Positions 13,199 through 24,992 of a DNA stretch of 64,000 bases are shown one piece after another. The notes beneath the pieces were generated by a model. The model saw only the letters and a program-made list of their open reading frames with translations. It did not search any database and had not been told where the DNA came from. Source of the stretch: Plasmodiophora brassicae (Eukaryota); NCBI GenBank assembly GCA_036867785.1, contig CP145416.1:124001-188000 (forward strand). Reading direction: 5' to 3'. Each line of letters starts with the position of its first letter. Position 1 is the first letter of the stretch. The translations under genes and the position numbers were made by a program.

Positions 13199-13521
13199 GT
13201 GCCCGAACCCCGGTCCAGCGCCGTCCCGCCAATGTCGAATGTGGGTGTCACCCACCTTGCACAGGGCACGTGACGCGCGCGTGCCTCTGCGCCTTGTGGA
13301 ACCATTACCATCCTGTTGACGCCTGCATCGTGAGGAATTTTCAACCTAAATGGGCGCATACATGAACTTGTTTACACGGTAAAGGGATGGGGAGCTATTT
13401 CTGGACGGCTGCGCAGTGGAGCCCACATGGGGAACCGGGAACGTTGTTCAGAGACGGGAAGATTCTTTGTTGAAGTCCGCCACGGAGCGCAGCAGCGGGT
13501 CACCACTCTTCAGCAACGACC

Positions 13522-14433
13522 ATGACGAAGACGGTGTGGTCGGGTGGCAGCATCACCGACGACGGGTGGTTCGTCGAGGATGACACGCAGTGGCCGGGGC
13601 ATCGCCAGGCGCTGAAGGTGCTGGAAATCCTGTACCAGGGCAAGTCCAGGTTCCAGGACGTCCTCGTGTTCAAGTCGCAGTGCCATGGCAATGTGCTCGT
13701 GCTGGACGGGGTTGTCCAGCTGACGGAGCGGGACGAGGCAGCGTACCAGGAGATGCTGACGCACATCCCGATGATGCTGCACCCGAACCCGAAGAACGTC
13801 CTGATCATCGGCGGCGGTGACGGTGGCATCATTCGGGAGGTCGCCCGGTACGCCAGCGTGGAATCGATCACCATCTGCGAGATCGACGATGTCGTCATGG
13901 ACGTCTGCAAGCGGTTCTTCCCGACCATGTCGGCGTCCTGGAAGGACCCGCGCTTGAGCGTCGTCTGCGATGATGCGTCTGTGTACGTGAAGGATCCGTC
14001 GCTTCGCGGCACGTTCGACGTCATCCTGTCGGACACGAGCGATCCGAACGGGCCGGCCCGGCCGCTGTTCGAGAAGCCGTTCTACAGCGACCTTCGCGAG
14101 CTGCTACGCCCCGGTGGCCTCGTCTGCACCCAGTCCGAATCGATCTGGACGCACCTGCCGCTCATCAAGAGGCTGGTCCAGAACGGGCGCGAACTGTTCG
14201 GGTGCGCCCAGTACGCGACAACGCAGGTGCCCACCTACCCGGGAGGCCAGATCGGGTTCCTCGTCTGCCGCCGCTCGGACGAACGACTCCAGGAAACCGA
14301 CGATATGACCGTCATCAGGAACACGGCCGGCACCGACTCATCATTCCTTCAGGCCCTCTCGTACTACTCGCCGGACCTGCACCGGGCCGCGTTCACGCTT
14401 CCTGCGTTCGTCGCCCGCGAACTCACAAACTGA
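13522..14433 (+). CDS. SPDS: Spermidine synthase, intronless
   Basis: LVLDGVVQLTERDEAAYQEM, VLIIGGGDGG, CEID, FDVILSDTSDP and VPTYPGGQIGF. Confidence 0.95.
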   Translation: MTKTVWSGGSITDDGWFVEDDTQWPGHRQALKVLEILYQGKSRFQDVLVFKSQCHGNVLVLDGVVQLTERDEAAYQEMLTHIPMMLHPNPKNVLIIGGGDGGIIREVARYASVESITICEIDDVVMDVCKRFFPTMSASWKDPRLSVVCDDASVYVKDPSLRGTFDVILSDTSDPNGPARPLFEKPFYSDLRELLRPGGLVCTQSESIWTHLPLIKRLVQNGRELFGCAQYATTQVPTYPGGQIGFLVCRRSDERLQETDDMTVIRNTAGTDSSFLQALSYYSPDLHRAAFTLPAFVARELTN

Positions 14434-14740
14434 TTCTGCCAATGTCCCATTAATACATGATCAACACTGGTGAGGTTCCAGTCGGCACCTACGGCGGCTG
14501 CCCCTGATGACTTTGACGAGCACATTTCCGCTCCGAACGCACGGCCATGGCCAGCAGCGATGGCACGGTAACGCCCACGGCTATATTTGGCGCCCCGCGA
14601 GTCATAGCCCAGGGGGCGCCCCTCCTACCCGTCCCACAACGCACCTCCTCGCGCAACACGCAGTACTGGTTGCTGCGTTGAGGACCATCCAGACCCTGAT
14701 GCCCCGCTAAGGAGTCCTGCGACGGTCGATCCTCCACCTC

Positions 14741-16161
14741 ATGATGGCGTGCCTGTACGCGTTCTCGGACGACATCTGCGACGTGATCGTGTCGTTCGTC
14801 GTCAGCGACGACATCGTCGGCCGCATGAAGTTCATCGAGCGACTGGCGCAGGTCGATCGACGGCACAGGTCGCATTCGGTCGCAATGCAGCGTCGTCTGG
14901 TCCTAAGCGGGTCGATGAGGCTCGCCCGCGACCCGATCGTCCGGCGCTACCTGGAAATCAAGCACGTCACCGAACATGAGGCCGACGTCGTCGTGGACGT
15001 CGACGAGTGCATAATGACGAATGTAATCCAGCTGTTTGGCGACAACCTGGCCTGTAATCGTTGGCACGGCACGTTACCCGGAGAGGAACGCGACGTGCCA
15101 AGTTCCATCACGGTCGTTCTCCAAAGCCTCCGACCCGGCAGAGCCCACGACGCGTTCGTCACCGAGCTTCGTCAAATGCTAACGGATGCGTGCCTGTTCC
15201 CGAACCCGCTGCTGGTCGTCAAAATCCTTCGGGAAACGATCCGCTTCCCGGCCGTCATCCCGCCATGGCTGCTCGTCGACCTGCTCAAGTCGTCCCTGCC
15301 CAGCAACGACCCACTCAGCATGGCCTGCGCGTACGCCATCATCACCGACTCGAGATGGAAGTCGGGCAAACCCGTCTACCGACGCCCAATTGTCCCGAAC
15401 GTCCTATTGCACAGCCTGTTCCGTCGCGGCCATGGCCTAAGGTAATACGTCCGGGGCCCCGCCCTGTCCGAAGGTGGGCGATACGTCAACAGCTGACCCC
15501 CTGCCGTAGTGTCAGTCGCGAACAATACGACGTGGAGGAGCGGGTCATGACGGGCATTGGCATGCAGGCGCAGGACGTGCTCGACCTGTACCGGGCGGCC
15601 TCCGACCTGGGCCACGCCGCGCACATCTACACGTTCTGGAGGAACTTTGACCGCCTGATCGACGCCGGTGGCATCGCGCGCGCCGACCTCGCCCCGTTGT
15701 ACTGCCTGGCGGCGCCAGCGCGCGCACCGGCCGTCGTTCCATCGACGAAGGCGCCTGCGCACGCGCTGCGCCTGCTGCCCGCCTTGTTGCAGGTGTCCGT
15801 CCTGGTCCACGCTGTGCTGGCCCTAGTCCGGATCATTGTCGTCGTCGATGTCGGCCTGCCAGCGCTGGCCTGGTTCGCCCTCGGCGATTGCTGTCAGGTC
15901 GGGTTACGCGTGCGACTATGGCATCCACCGGTGCGCTGCCAATTGGTCTGGGTCCGTTTCTGGGTGGCGCAGACCCTCGACCTGACGTGGGTCGTGTTGT
16001 GCCACACGACCGTCATCTCCAGCGTAACGTCGGCGATCGCCCGACGAGTACTCGGCCCGCTCCTCGTCCCGGAGACGCTCATCGTCGTCTTCGACTGGTT
16101 CATCCTCGTACCCGTCTGGGTGGGCACACTGAACACCCCGAATACATTAACGGTGGGCTAG
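14741..16161 (+). CDS. Hypothetical protein with an F-box-like N-terminus and C-terminal transmembrane helices; one intron at 15442-15509
   Basis: LYAFSDDICDVIVSF...LAQVDRR resembles an F-box. The GT at 15442 and AG at 15509 join ORF 14741-15445 in frame to the hydrophobic ORF ending at 16161. Confidence 0.55.
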
Positions 16162-16466
16162 AGTGTCAGTTGCGCGGCCATGGCCTCGATGTCGTCCAGG
16201 GACAGCTGCTGTAAGGCTTGCTCGTAATTCCGGCGGAACTTCGCGACACCGGCGTCGTCCTCGAAGACGTCCCGCACCATGTCCCAGAACGGTCGCGACG
16301 ACGCGGACGTCGCCGGCAGACGCACGGACGCCGCACCACGATTGTCCGGACCCGGCGGTGCCGTCGATGTCGTCATCGCCGGCAGGTCGTTCGCCCGGGG
16401 GTTGTAATCGCGCGGGCGCACCACCTCGTACTTGGCGAGCTCGCGCTGGAAGCTGTCGTCGTCCAT
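16158..16466 (-). CDS. Small hypothetical protein (102 aa)
   Basis: MDDDSFQRELAKYEVVRPRDY...FWDMVRDVF...LSLDDIEAMA has protein-like composition and GC3-rich codons. Confidence 0.65.
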   Translation of the reverse strand: MDDDSFQRELAKYEVVRPRDYNPRANDLPAMTTSTAPPGPDNRGAASVRLPATSASSRPFWDMVRDVFEDDAGVAKFRRNYEQALQQLSLDDIEAMAAQLTL

Positions 16467-16736
16467 CGATGGGCGACCACACCGCGCAATCCGTGGGCGC
16501 ACACGCCGCTGCAGTTCGCGCCCGCGCTCCAAAAAACATCCGCATGGGCTCGGGACCGGGTACGAGGAGAACGCCCCCGCTGAGTGTTCCACTGTCGGCC
16601 GGCCGCTGCTCTCCGTCCGGCTCAAGCAAGTACCGCCGTAGGGTAGTTCGTGACTTGTCCGCATGCAGCTGCTGGCCGTGACGTGGTCAGCAGCGCGCGA
16701 CGCGTTTTTGCGCCATTTCGGGACCGGTGCGGGGCG

Positions 16737-18752
16737 ATGAACAACGGCGCGGGCGGCGTCGGGCTGGCGGCGCGGCTCCGATGGGGGTTCGCGGCGATCG
16801 CCGGCGCGATCTGCGGCCTCATGCTGATCTTCATGCTGATCGAGGATCTGGACTCGTATGACGGCGGGTCGAGGCGGCTGGGCGCTGCGCTCGCCGTGTC
16901 GCGCGTGCCCGTCGCACGGGACGGGCTGGCGCCCGGCGCGCTACATTTGCCACCGGCGTGGTTGAATTCCCAGGATCGGTCCATTGCCAGTGCGCCACTG
17001 GCAGCCCTACTGGCTGCCCGGCTCGGCGTCGACGTATCCCTGACGAGTAATGGCAGCAGCGCGTCACTGCCGTTGGCGACCGACGAGGACCTCGCGCTGA
17101 GGCATTTGAATTTGTCATCCAGGACGCACTTGTTCAGTTTGGACGGCGGATCATCGATTGGGTTGTTCACCATTCAATCCCAATTGGTCGCGTCGTCGCG
17201 TGACGCATCCGTCGCTACCACCGTCCTGCTGTGGTCTAGGCCGTCGTCAGCGGTTGTGAGAAGGCGGGGCCAGTTTGACCCCCAGAAACCGCGAATCCTC
17301 GTTGACGATTGGACGGTACCTTGACGAGCACGATGACGAAGGCGTCGATGTGACATTGTCTTCCCGTACAGGTTCGTTTTGAAGAGTCCTTCCCTGGGTC
17401 GTTGGAGCGTTTCACTGTTGACCAATCGGACCGGCGGCTCCTGATCGTTCTCCGGGACGCTGACGATGCGACTCGCGATCTGACATTGCTGTCGTTCGAC
17501 GAACAGTGGAGAAAGCAGAGTGTATCCACACGCAAGTCGTACAAGTCGGGCGCTGTGCTCGCCGTTGCAGTAACGTCGTCGGATCAGATCGTCTATGCGC
17601 TTGATGGCGACTCTCGCCAGTTCGTGTCTATCGCCATCGGAGACAGTGCCCGCGCGCCCCTCCCTGCTCTAGGTTGGCTGTCTGCGTCCGAAATGTTTTC
17701 CAAATCATTAATATGCGGTTGGCGTCGTAGGGCCTGCCGTGACGCCTCGCAGCGAAGTCGTTCGGACGGCCGGCATCGTTTCCGTACCGTTCGCATCACG
17801 ACCAGCTGACGGGAACGACCATGTGATCGTGGCTCAGTTCTACGGGGACCGGCTTCGCCAGTTTTACACTGTGAAGTCGTACGAGCTCGACGCGAGCATG
17901 TCCAAATGGACGCTCAGTCGTTTGCTCTCGACCAAGGAGTTTGCCGCTGCTGAAACAGCGATCAGCCTTCCCGATATTCAAGCTGTGTCCAACTTTGTTA
18001 TTGGTATGACACCGTGTCCGGCCGGTGCTCTGAAGCAAGTGGGCTGATCTATGCTCTTGGACAGCGTCATCGCCGAATACAGCTTGCATAACATCCACGC
18101 CTTTCGTCATGACGATCGATTCGTCGCTGGCCGCCAAACCCATCAAGATTATCAACCTCGATCCAAGACTGCAGTTCACCCATGTCGCGTTGGACGACGA
18201 TGGCGACTTGATCGCTCTTGCCGACAGTGTATATCGCTTTACGTCCTTGACGTCGTTCCACGCGTTCTGATATCGTGGCCACAGTTTAATAGTCTCGTGT
18301 TCCTGGCTCGAGCAACGGACCGATACGCCCCTGTACATTGGGAAGTCCAGATGGAGTTCTCTGTTCCTGCAGAGTTGTCCCACCTCCGGATAATGTCGAT
18401 AGCCTTGTTGAAGCGTGGCTCCATTCTTGGTGAATTGACGCTCGCCCGTCCACAATCGACCCGAAGCGCTGATGTTTGCATGTACCCAGTGGTCATCCTT
18501 GAAGGTGGCGTTCTCGTATCCTTTGACCTGGATCGTCAACGCGCCGAAGACCTCACCGCCGTCCTCGATATCCACTGGGAGATCGTCCTCGGCGTAATAT
18601 CCCTCGTCCTGTACGCGTTCCTCAGCCGTCTGGGCGGTAACGCCGGCGCCGCAGCCACCGGGAACAACAACATTACCCGGCAACGGGCGGTCCCCGAGGC
18701 ACCGCCGGCTCCCCCATTGCCCGTCGTGTCGCAGTCGTCAATAAATCAATGA
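16737..18752 (+). CDS. Multi-exon hypothetical membrane protein (N- and C-terminal TM helices, beta-rich middle)
   Basis: Consecutive + strand ORFs separated by short GT-AG gaps; TM segments WGFAAIAGAICGLMLIFMLI and IVLGVISLVLYAFL. Confidence 0.55.
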
Positions 18753-18765
18753 GAGCGCCGCCGCG

Positions 18766-19699
18766 TCAGAGAGACTCGTACACGGGCTGCAGGACTTTGT
18801 AAATCTCCTCGGCCTCGACGATCTCCTCGAGCGACCTCGACGACGACGACACGAACCGGTCGGGATGGAACGCGAGCAGGGCACGGCGGAACGCGCGCCG
18901 CAGGCTGGGCCCGGCGGCGAAGTCGGGCGCGAACTCGGCCAGTAACGCGCGCGGCGACCTGCCCCGCGCCCGTCGCGACACGTCCTCCCCGATGCGCTCC
19001 TGAACGCGCTGTGTCAGCCGTTGCCGGCACAAGGTCGCTCTGAAACGGTCCTCACCTGCAGACGCGATTTCGTTTCCGCCATCGTCCGGTTCGTCGCCTG
19101 CTCGTCGCGGAACTGCTGGACGCGATCCTCGCCGGGATCACGACGACGACGACTATCCGGTGGTGGCGACCGGCGCGGCACGAGCGCCGCCGTACCTGTT
19201 GCTGATGCTCGGGCTTCGATGGTCGGCGAGGTCTGCGCCCACAGGCGGCGGTCGTCGAGGCGCTGCAGCGCGGAGAACGATCGCAGGTCGCTGCGGAGCA
19301 CGTTGTGCAGGGCGATCGTCGTCCGGACGGCGCGCGCTCGCCGTCCCGAAACGTCCCTGCTCGGCTCGTGTTCCTTCCGGAACACGAGCGACGACCTGGT
19401 GCGTTTCGCAGGTGGCGCATCATACGCGTGCGGGGGTTCCCGTTCGGCGCGCGCCCGGTCTGTAGGGCACACGACGTCAGCAGCAATCGGAAGGGGGGGC
19501 GGCGACCCCGGGGACGTCACGCGACCAGACATCGTTTCGGGGAACACCATTCGCTGTCCGCCGCCGCGTCCGTTTCAGCCAGGCGCTTCGCCGCACTGCG
19601 TCGATGGTCGACCCGGACCCGCTTGGCTGGCCGGTCGCTGTCGCCTGCGACGATATTACTCTCGTCGTCGTCATCGATGCTCATCGCATCCGACGCCAT
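18766..19699 (-). CDS. Protein with a C-terminal J-domain-like (HPD) region, multi-exon
   Basis: LRRAFRRALLAFHPDRF...EAEEIYKVLQ; intron 19056-19010 joins the upstream ORF in frame. 5' structure uncertain. Confidence 0.6.
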
Positions 19700-19922
19700 C
19701 CGCCGGAGCCAGACAGCAACAAAAAACGCGCGACTCGCAACGCTGAGTTTTGCGCCCATGTTTTGCTGTCCCGTTACTCGGACCGCGTGGGTGGCTTCCC
19801 GGACTAAATATATCCGACGACCATCCGGGAACCTTCACTGCCGCCCATGCTGGGGGATACCTTGGTGCCATGGTACGTAGTACCGTGGGCGATCGCGTGT
19901 CGTCCATAGCTGTCATGGGATA

Positions 19923-21279
19923 ATGGTGTGCCTGCCGCCGTGCCTGGCGGGGACCCGCGTGGCGCCGGACGACGATGCCACGAAGCGGATCGACCAGGAG
20001 TTCCGCGAGGAACAGCGTGCCACGACGAACGTCTGCCGTCTGCTGCTCCTGGGGACCGGTACGTGATCATCCAGACGATACGCCTGATCTGTGGGTCACC
20101 CCAGCGGGTAATAATCAGGGAACTCGGGGAAGTCCACCCTGCTGAAGCAGCTGTTTGAGATCTATGGAACGCCCATGAACGATAGGGAGCGCCTGCTGTA
20201 CAAATCGGCGCTGTTTACCAACGCGGTCACATCTCTGGCAGTGCGTACAACGCCCCCGTTCGCCAACGAACAGCGCAGGCGCTGACGCCTCGCCAGGCTC
20301 TAATCGCGGCTGCGGAAACACTCGACGAGTCGCTGGGGACCCGGCTGGCCGGCGATGCGGTCGAGTGCAGGGACGCGTTCAAGCGGTTCCAGTCGCAGCT
20401 GGCCGTATGGGACAAGCCCGCCCGACCGCCCGGCCCCGACATCGCCTACGTCATGTCGAGGCTCTGGGCTGACAAAGGCATCCAGAACGCGTACAGCAAC
20501 CGGACGAAATTCAACCTGCCCGATTCCGCGGCCTACGTGCTCGACAAGGTCTACGACTGGGTGTCCGAGGACTATGTCCCCACCAAGCAGGACGTCGTCA
20601 TGGCCCGCATCCGGACCACTGGTAGGGAGCGCGCGCCCCTGTTGTGCCACCTGGCTTGCCAACGACGTCTGGGCGCTCTCGCAGGGATCGTCGAGCGCGA
20701 GTTCCGGTTCCAGCAGACGACCCTGTTCAAATTGGTGGACGTCGGCGGGCAGAGGAACGAACGGCGGAAATGGCGTAAGGGCGACGACGTCGCGGTTGCG
20801 CCAGGCGCGCCTATAGGTTCCCTCACATGACACGTGCGCGCATAGTGCATTGCTTCTCGGACGTCGGCGCGATCATCTTCGTCGTGTCGCTGTCCGACTT
20901 CGAGCTGCGCCTCGAGGAGGACTCGTCCGTGAATCGCCTGCACGAGGCGATCACGTTGTTCTCCGAGATCTGCAACTACCCCAGCTTCGAGAACATCCCC
21001 ATCATTCTGTTCCTCAACAAGAAGGACATCCTGAAGCAGCGGCTGGCCGAGGGCGCCAACCTGCGCACCGCCTTCCCCGAGTACGTGGGCCCATCCACGT
21101 ACGACGACGTCGTCGACTACATCGGCAGGGCGTTGCACAAGGTGAACAGGGACCGGCGCAAGACGATCCTGACGTACAGGACGTGCGCGACCGACGCCGA
21201 TAACGTCAAGCGGGTGTTCGAGGCGCTGTCCCGGGTCCTGATCGAGCGCAGCCTGCAGGACAGCGGCCTGATTGTATAA
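19923..21279 (+). CDS. Heterotrimeric G-protein alpha subunit, multi-exon
   Basis: RLLLLGTGNSGKST, ARIRTTGI, DVGGQRNERRKW, LFLNKKD and TCATD. Confidence 0.95.
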
Positions 21280-21304
21280 CATGTGTCGGCGTCGGGCGCC
21301 TGCG

Positions 21305-24300
21305 TCACCAGTACTCGCCGCACGAGCAGCGACCGTCGCGGAACTGGTGGTGCCTGATCACGTCCCGCACCGATATGTGCCGGACGTAGATCGCCGACGC
21401 CCGCCGGGCCGCCTCGTGGCAATCGTCGCACAGCCTATAATCCACCGCGAGGCGCACAGGTGACGACGTCCCGGGCGCGCTTAGGGCGTACGCCAGCGCG
21501 ACCTTCGCGCCGTGCTGAAGGACGGCCGGTCGCCGGTGGCCCGTACCTTCGGACGGCAACGCAGGCACGTCGGGGGCGTACCCGTGCGCACGCAGGGCCA
21601 CCATCAGGTCGTCGAGCGCCGACCGCAACCCGGCGTCGTCGTCGAGCCGCGAATCGCTGGACGAGAAGCGGACGGTCCGGCCGGGGGCCAGTAGCGACGC
21701 CTGGCCTGGTCTCGGGTCGGACGTCGTCAGCCCCCGGGCGGCCATCTCGTCGCGCAGGCGCACGACGTCGTCCTGGCGGCCGCTGCGCGCGTACGCGTCC
21801 ATCATCAGCGCGAAGCACAACGCCAGGACGCGCTGCGAGACGACGCCGTCCAGCGATCGGAAGGCGCGCTCGGCGCCGGGCACGTCGCCGTGGTGGCGGC
21901 ACGCGACCAGGACCAGGCGCCAGGACGGGGCGCTGCCCCAGTGGCCTAGCTGGTCAGGAGTACTAGCAACAGGTCAGCAAGCAGTCGCGGGACCGCAAGG
22001 TCCCCAGTTCGAGGCACGAACTCCCCCAAAAAAGTCCCGGTGACCAACAGCCGTAAATGTTGAAGGGGTGTTTACTGATCAGGCAGCCCAAAGTGCCAGA
22101 GCAATTAGGGGTCTCGCTTGAGCGTCTGGGAGGTAAAGGAACGGCCCGTAACAAGTGTATGTCGGCTCCCCGGCATAGGCGGTATGGCGAAAGAGGTCCG
22201 ACAAGAGTGCAGTCGACAAGTCCGAGCGAATCACGTCCCGTTCCGATATCGTCCAAGGCGCGATGAACCCAGTACAAAGGTGACGGGCCGGCACTGCCAG
22301 GCCGGGGGATGTTGGCGTTCTGCTGCTGATCCTTCGATCCTCGGACTCGAGACCGAGGCGCCTGCGTGAAAAGAAAAAGCGCGAAAAACAAATAAAACCA
22401 AACCAAAACCAGGCGCCAGGACGTCGGGCGCGCATGCGTCGACGTCGTCGCCAGGCGCTCCGCCTCGGCCAGGTCGCCGTGCCGGCCGTGAAGGTCGATC
22501 AGGCAGTTCAGGGCGTGCGTCGACCAGACGTCGACGTCGTTCCCCGACATGATCGCCTGGGCGCGGGCGAGGTCGCCGACATGGCTGCAGGCGGTCAGCA
22601 GCGACGCGAACGTCTGCTCGGTGGGCGGCACCGTCATCGCGTCGAACGTGGCGATCGCGTCGTCCAGGGCGCCGTGTTCGCCGTACGCGCCGATCATCGC
22701 GTTGACGGGCAGCACCGACGTCGTCGTCGTCGTCGCGATCGACGAGAACAGGGCGCGGGCGGCGGCGAGGTCGCCGCAATGCGAGTACGCGGTGATGAAC
22801 GCGCTGGCGACGGCCGCGTCCGACACGAGCAACCCCTTGGTGCGGGCGTGGTCGTGCAGGCGGTCGACGGCGGCGACGTCCGAGCACCGGGCGCAGGCGC
22901 CGACCAGTTGCCGGAGGAGGGGTGCGTCGACCGGCAGGCCGCGTGCGACCATCGCCTCGAACGTGGCCATCGCGTCGCGCAGGCGATGGCCCTGCGCGAA
23001 CGCCACCAGCATCGTCGTGTACGTCGGCAGGGTCGGCGACAGGCCAGACGACCGCATGCGCCGCAACAGGGCCAGCGCGTTCGTCAGCGACCCGTGGCGC
23101 GCGTACGCGCCCAGCATCGCGTTGAACGGGACCACGCCGGGCGACGCCGCCTGATGGAACAGGCGCTCGGCGGCCGGCAGGTCCCCGCAGCGGTCGTACG
23201 CGGCGATCAACGCGCTGACGACGACGTCGTCCTGCAGCATGCGCTTCGTCGACGCGTACGCGTGCAGCGACTCGACGGCGCCGACGACGCCGGTGCAGCG
23301 GCCGCACGCCCCGATGACCAGGCCGAGCAGGGCGCGGTCGACGTCGTGGCCGGCGCCCACCATCTCGTTCAGCAGGTCGACGGCGTCGGCGAGGCGGTCG
23401 TCGCGGACGAGCGCGACGACCAGCGTCGTGTACGACCGGCGGCAGGGCGACGTGATGCGCCGGAAGACGGAGAGGGCGTTCAGCAGCAGGCGGTGGTGGG
23501 CGTACGCGGCCAGCATGGCGTTGTAGACGGCGACGGACTGGATCAGGGCCGGGTCCCGGCGCTGGAAGACGCCCTCGGCGGCGGCCAGGTCGCCGCACCG
23601 GTCGAACGCGGCGATGAACGCCGACACGACGACGTCGCTGGTGAACAGGCCGCACCGGGTGGCGTACGCGGCCAGCGCCCGCACCGCGTCGCGGTCGACG
23701 ACCCGGCCGCAGGCGGCGACGACCTGGCTGAACACGGGCACGTCGACGTGGACGCGCCCGGCGACCATGACGCGGAGCAGGGCGAGGGCGTCGCGCGCCC
23801 GCCCGCCCTTGGCCAGCGCCGACGTCACGTGCGTGTAGATGCGGTCGGACGGCGCGTCCAGCACGTCGAGGACGCGCAGGGCGGCGTCCAGGCGCCGCCC
23901 TGCGACCAGCGCCTTGACCAGGTTGCCGAAGGCGGCGTTGCACGACGTGTGGATCGCCAGGTCGAGCAGGCGCTCGGCGGTGGCGGGGCAGGGCGCTTCG
24001 GCGGCGCAGGCGGCCAGGATGGAGAACAGCCTGGGGCTGATGGCGACGTCGTGGGCGACGGCGTCGCCGACCAGGAACAGGGCGGAGGCGGGCCGGTTCG
24101 CCACGCGGCACACGTGCGCCAGGCCGAGCATGGCGTCGTGCGTCCTGGGCGCCGCCGTCGCGTACCCGTCGAGGGCGGCGCCGACGTTCGGCGGCGTCGT
24201 GCGCAGGCAGGCGGCGAGGAACGCGCCGAACAGCGCGTCGTTGACGGCGAGGCGGCGCGCGGCAACGACGGACAGCACGTCGGGCGCTTTGGCCGGCGCG

Positions 24301-24560
24301 TGCGCCTTGCAGAACGACATCATCGTCGTGAAGAAGCGGACGTCGGCGGGCAGGCCGGATTGCAGGACGGCGTCGAGGATGAGCCAGGCGCGCGCCGGGT
24401 GCGTCTCCCGCTGCAGGGCGCGCACCGCCAGCGGGACCGTGCGCCGCGCCAGGAACCGGCGGTACTCGGGCGACGCGCCCGTCGCCTGGCGGTGCGGCCA
24501 GGCGCCCGCCGTCAGGTACGGGTTCGCCGTCGTGTGGCGCGCCCGCACCCGGAATTGCAT
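21305..24560 (-). pseudogene. Pentatricopeptide-repeat protein with a C-terminal DYW-like domain, interrupted by a SINE insertion
   Basis: Many 35-aa PPR repeats (e.g. SAFIAAFDRCGDLAAAEGVF, YNAMLAAYAHH) and a C-terminus CDDCH...RD..RHHQFRDGRCSCGEYW. Removing 21928-22423 restores one frame (PTSWRLVLVACRHHGDVPGAERAF). Confidence 0.88.
21928..22407 (+). mobile_element. tRNA-derived SINE-like retroposon, 480 bp, with a 16-bp target-site duplication
   Basis: ACCAGGCGCCAGGACG at both 21912-21927 and 22408-22423; 5' head GCCCCAGTGGCCTAGCTGG (A-box-like) and GTTCGAGGC (B-box-like); 3' stem-loop CCTCGG-ACTCGAGA-CCGAGG; A-rich tail ending AAAACCAAACCAAA. Confidence 0.85.
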
Positions 24561-24726
24561 TTGGCGGCGCGCGCACACGGCTCCAGCAGCCTAGCTAGAT
24601 CGACGACGGCGAGTCTGCCTGGTCGTCTCTATCGACAACGCGACGCGGCACAGGGATGAGGGTATCATCAGCGGCGTTTTCGTTGTTATGTAAACTGGCA
24701 TGTATGGCAGGCGTGTGCCCGGGCGC

Positions 24727-24992
24727 TTATTTCGCGGCGCCCTGGTTAGAGTTCGGGCCGCGCGCCTTGCCGGGTCCGACGACGACGTTGACGAACCGCC
24801 GGTTGTACTGCAGGCGCTTGTAGGCGCGGCCGCGCGGCTTCTTCTTCTTGTCCTGCTTCTCGACCTTGGGCGTCGCACCGCGCACCTTGCCGGCTCGTGC
24901 CAGCGATCCGTGGACCTTACCTGAACGCAGACAGCACACACGCGTCAGCACCCTAGGACACAGACCGCCGGCGCCGCCGCCGCCCTACCCAT
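24727..24992 (-). CDS. RPS30: 40S ribosomal protein S30 (eS30), no ubiquitin-like fusion; intron 24988-24921
   Basis: [44 protein letters not shown]. Confidence 0.96.

Noticed and set aside
21935-22020. Functional tRNA gene
   Set aside because: Only A/B-box-like motifs are present; I cannot build an acceptor stem or anticodon arm, and it lies inside a TSD-flanked insertion.
21928-22200. HDV-like or hammerhead ribozyme in the SINE (GGGCGCT could pair with AGCGTCT at 22121, preceded by TCTCGC)
   Set aside because: P3 does not pair convincingly and there is no CTGATGA/GAAA hammerhead core; it would need a covariance-model search.
22231-24659. 781-aa and 741-aa Arg-rich ORFs overlapping the PPR gene
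   Set aside because: Shadow frames caused by very high GC3; low-complexity translations.
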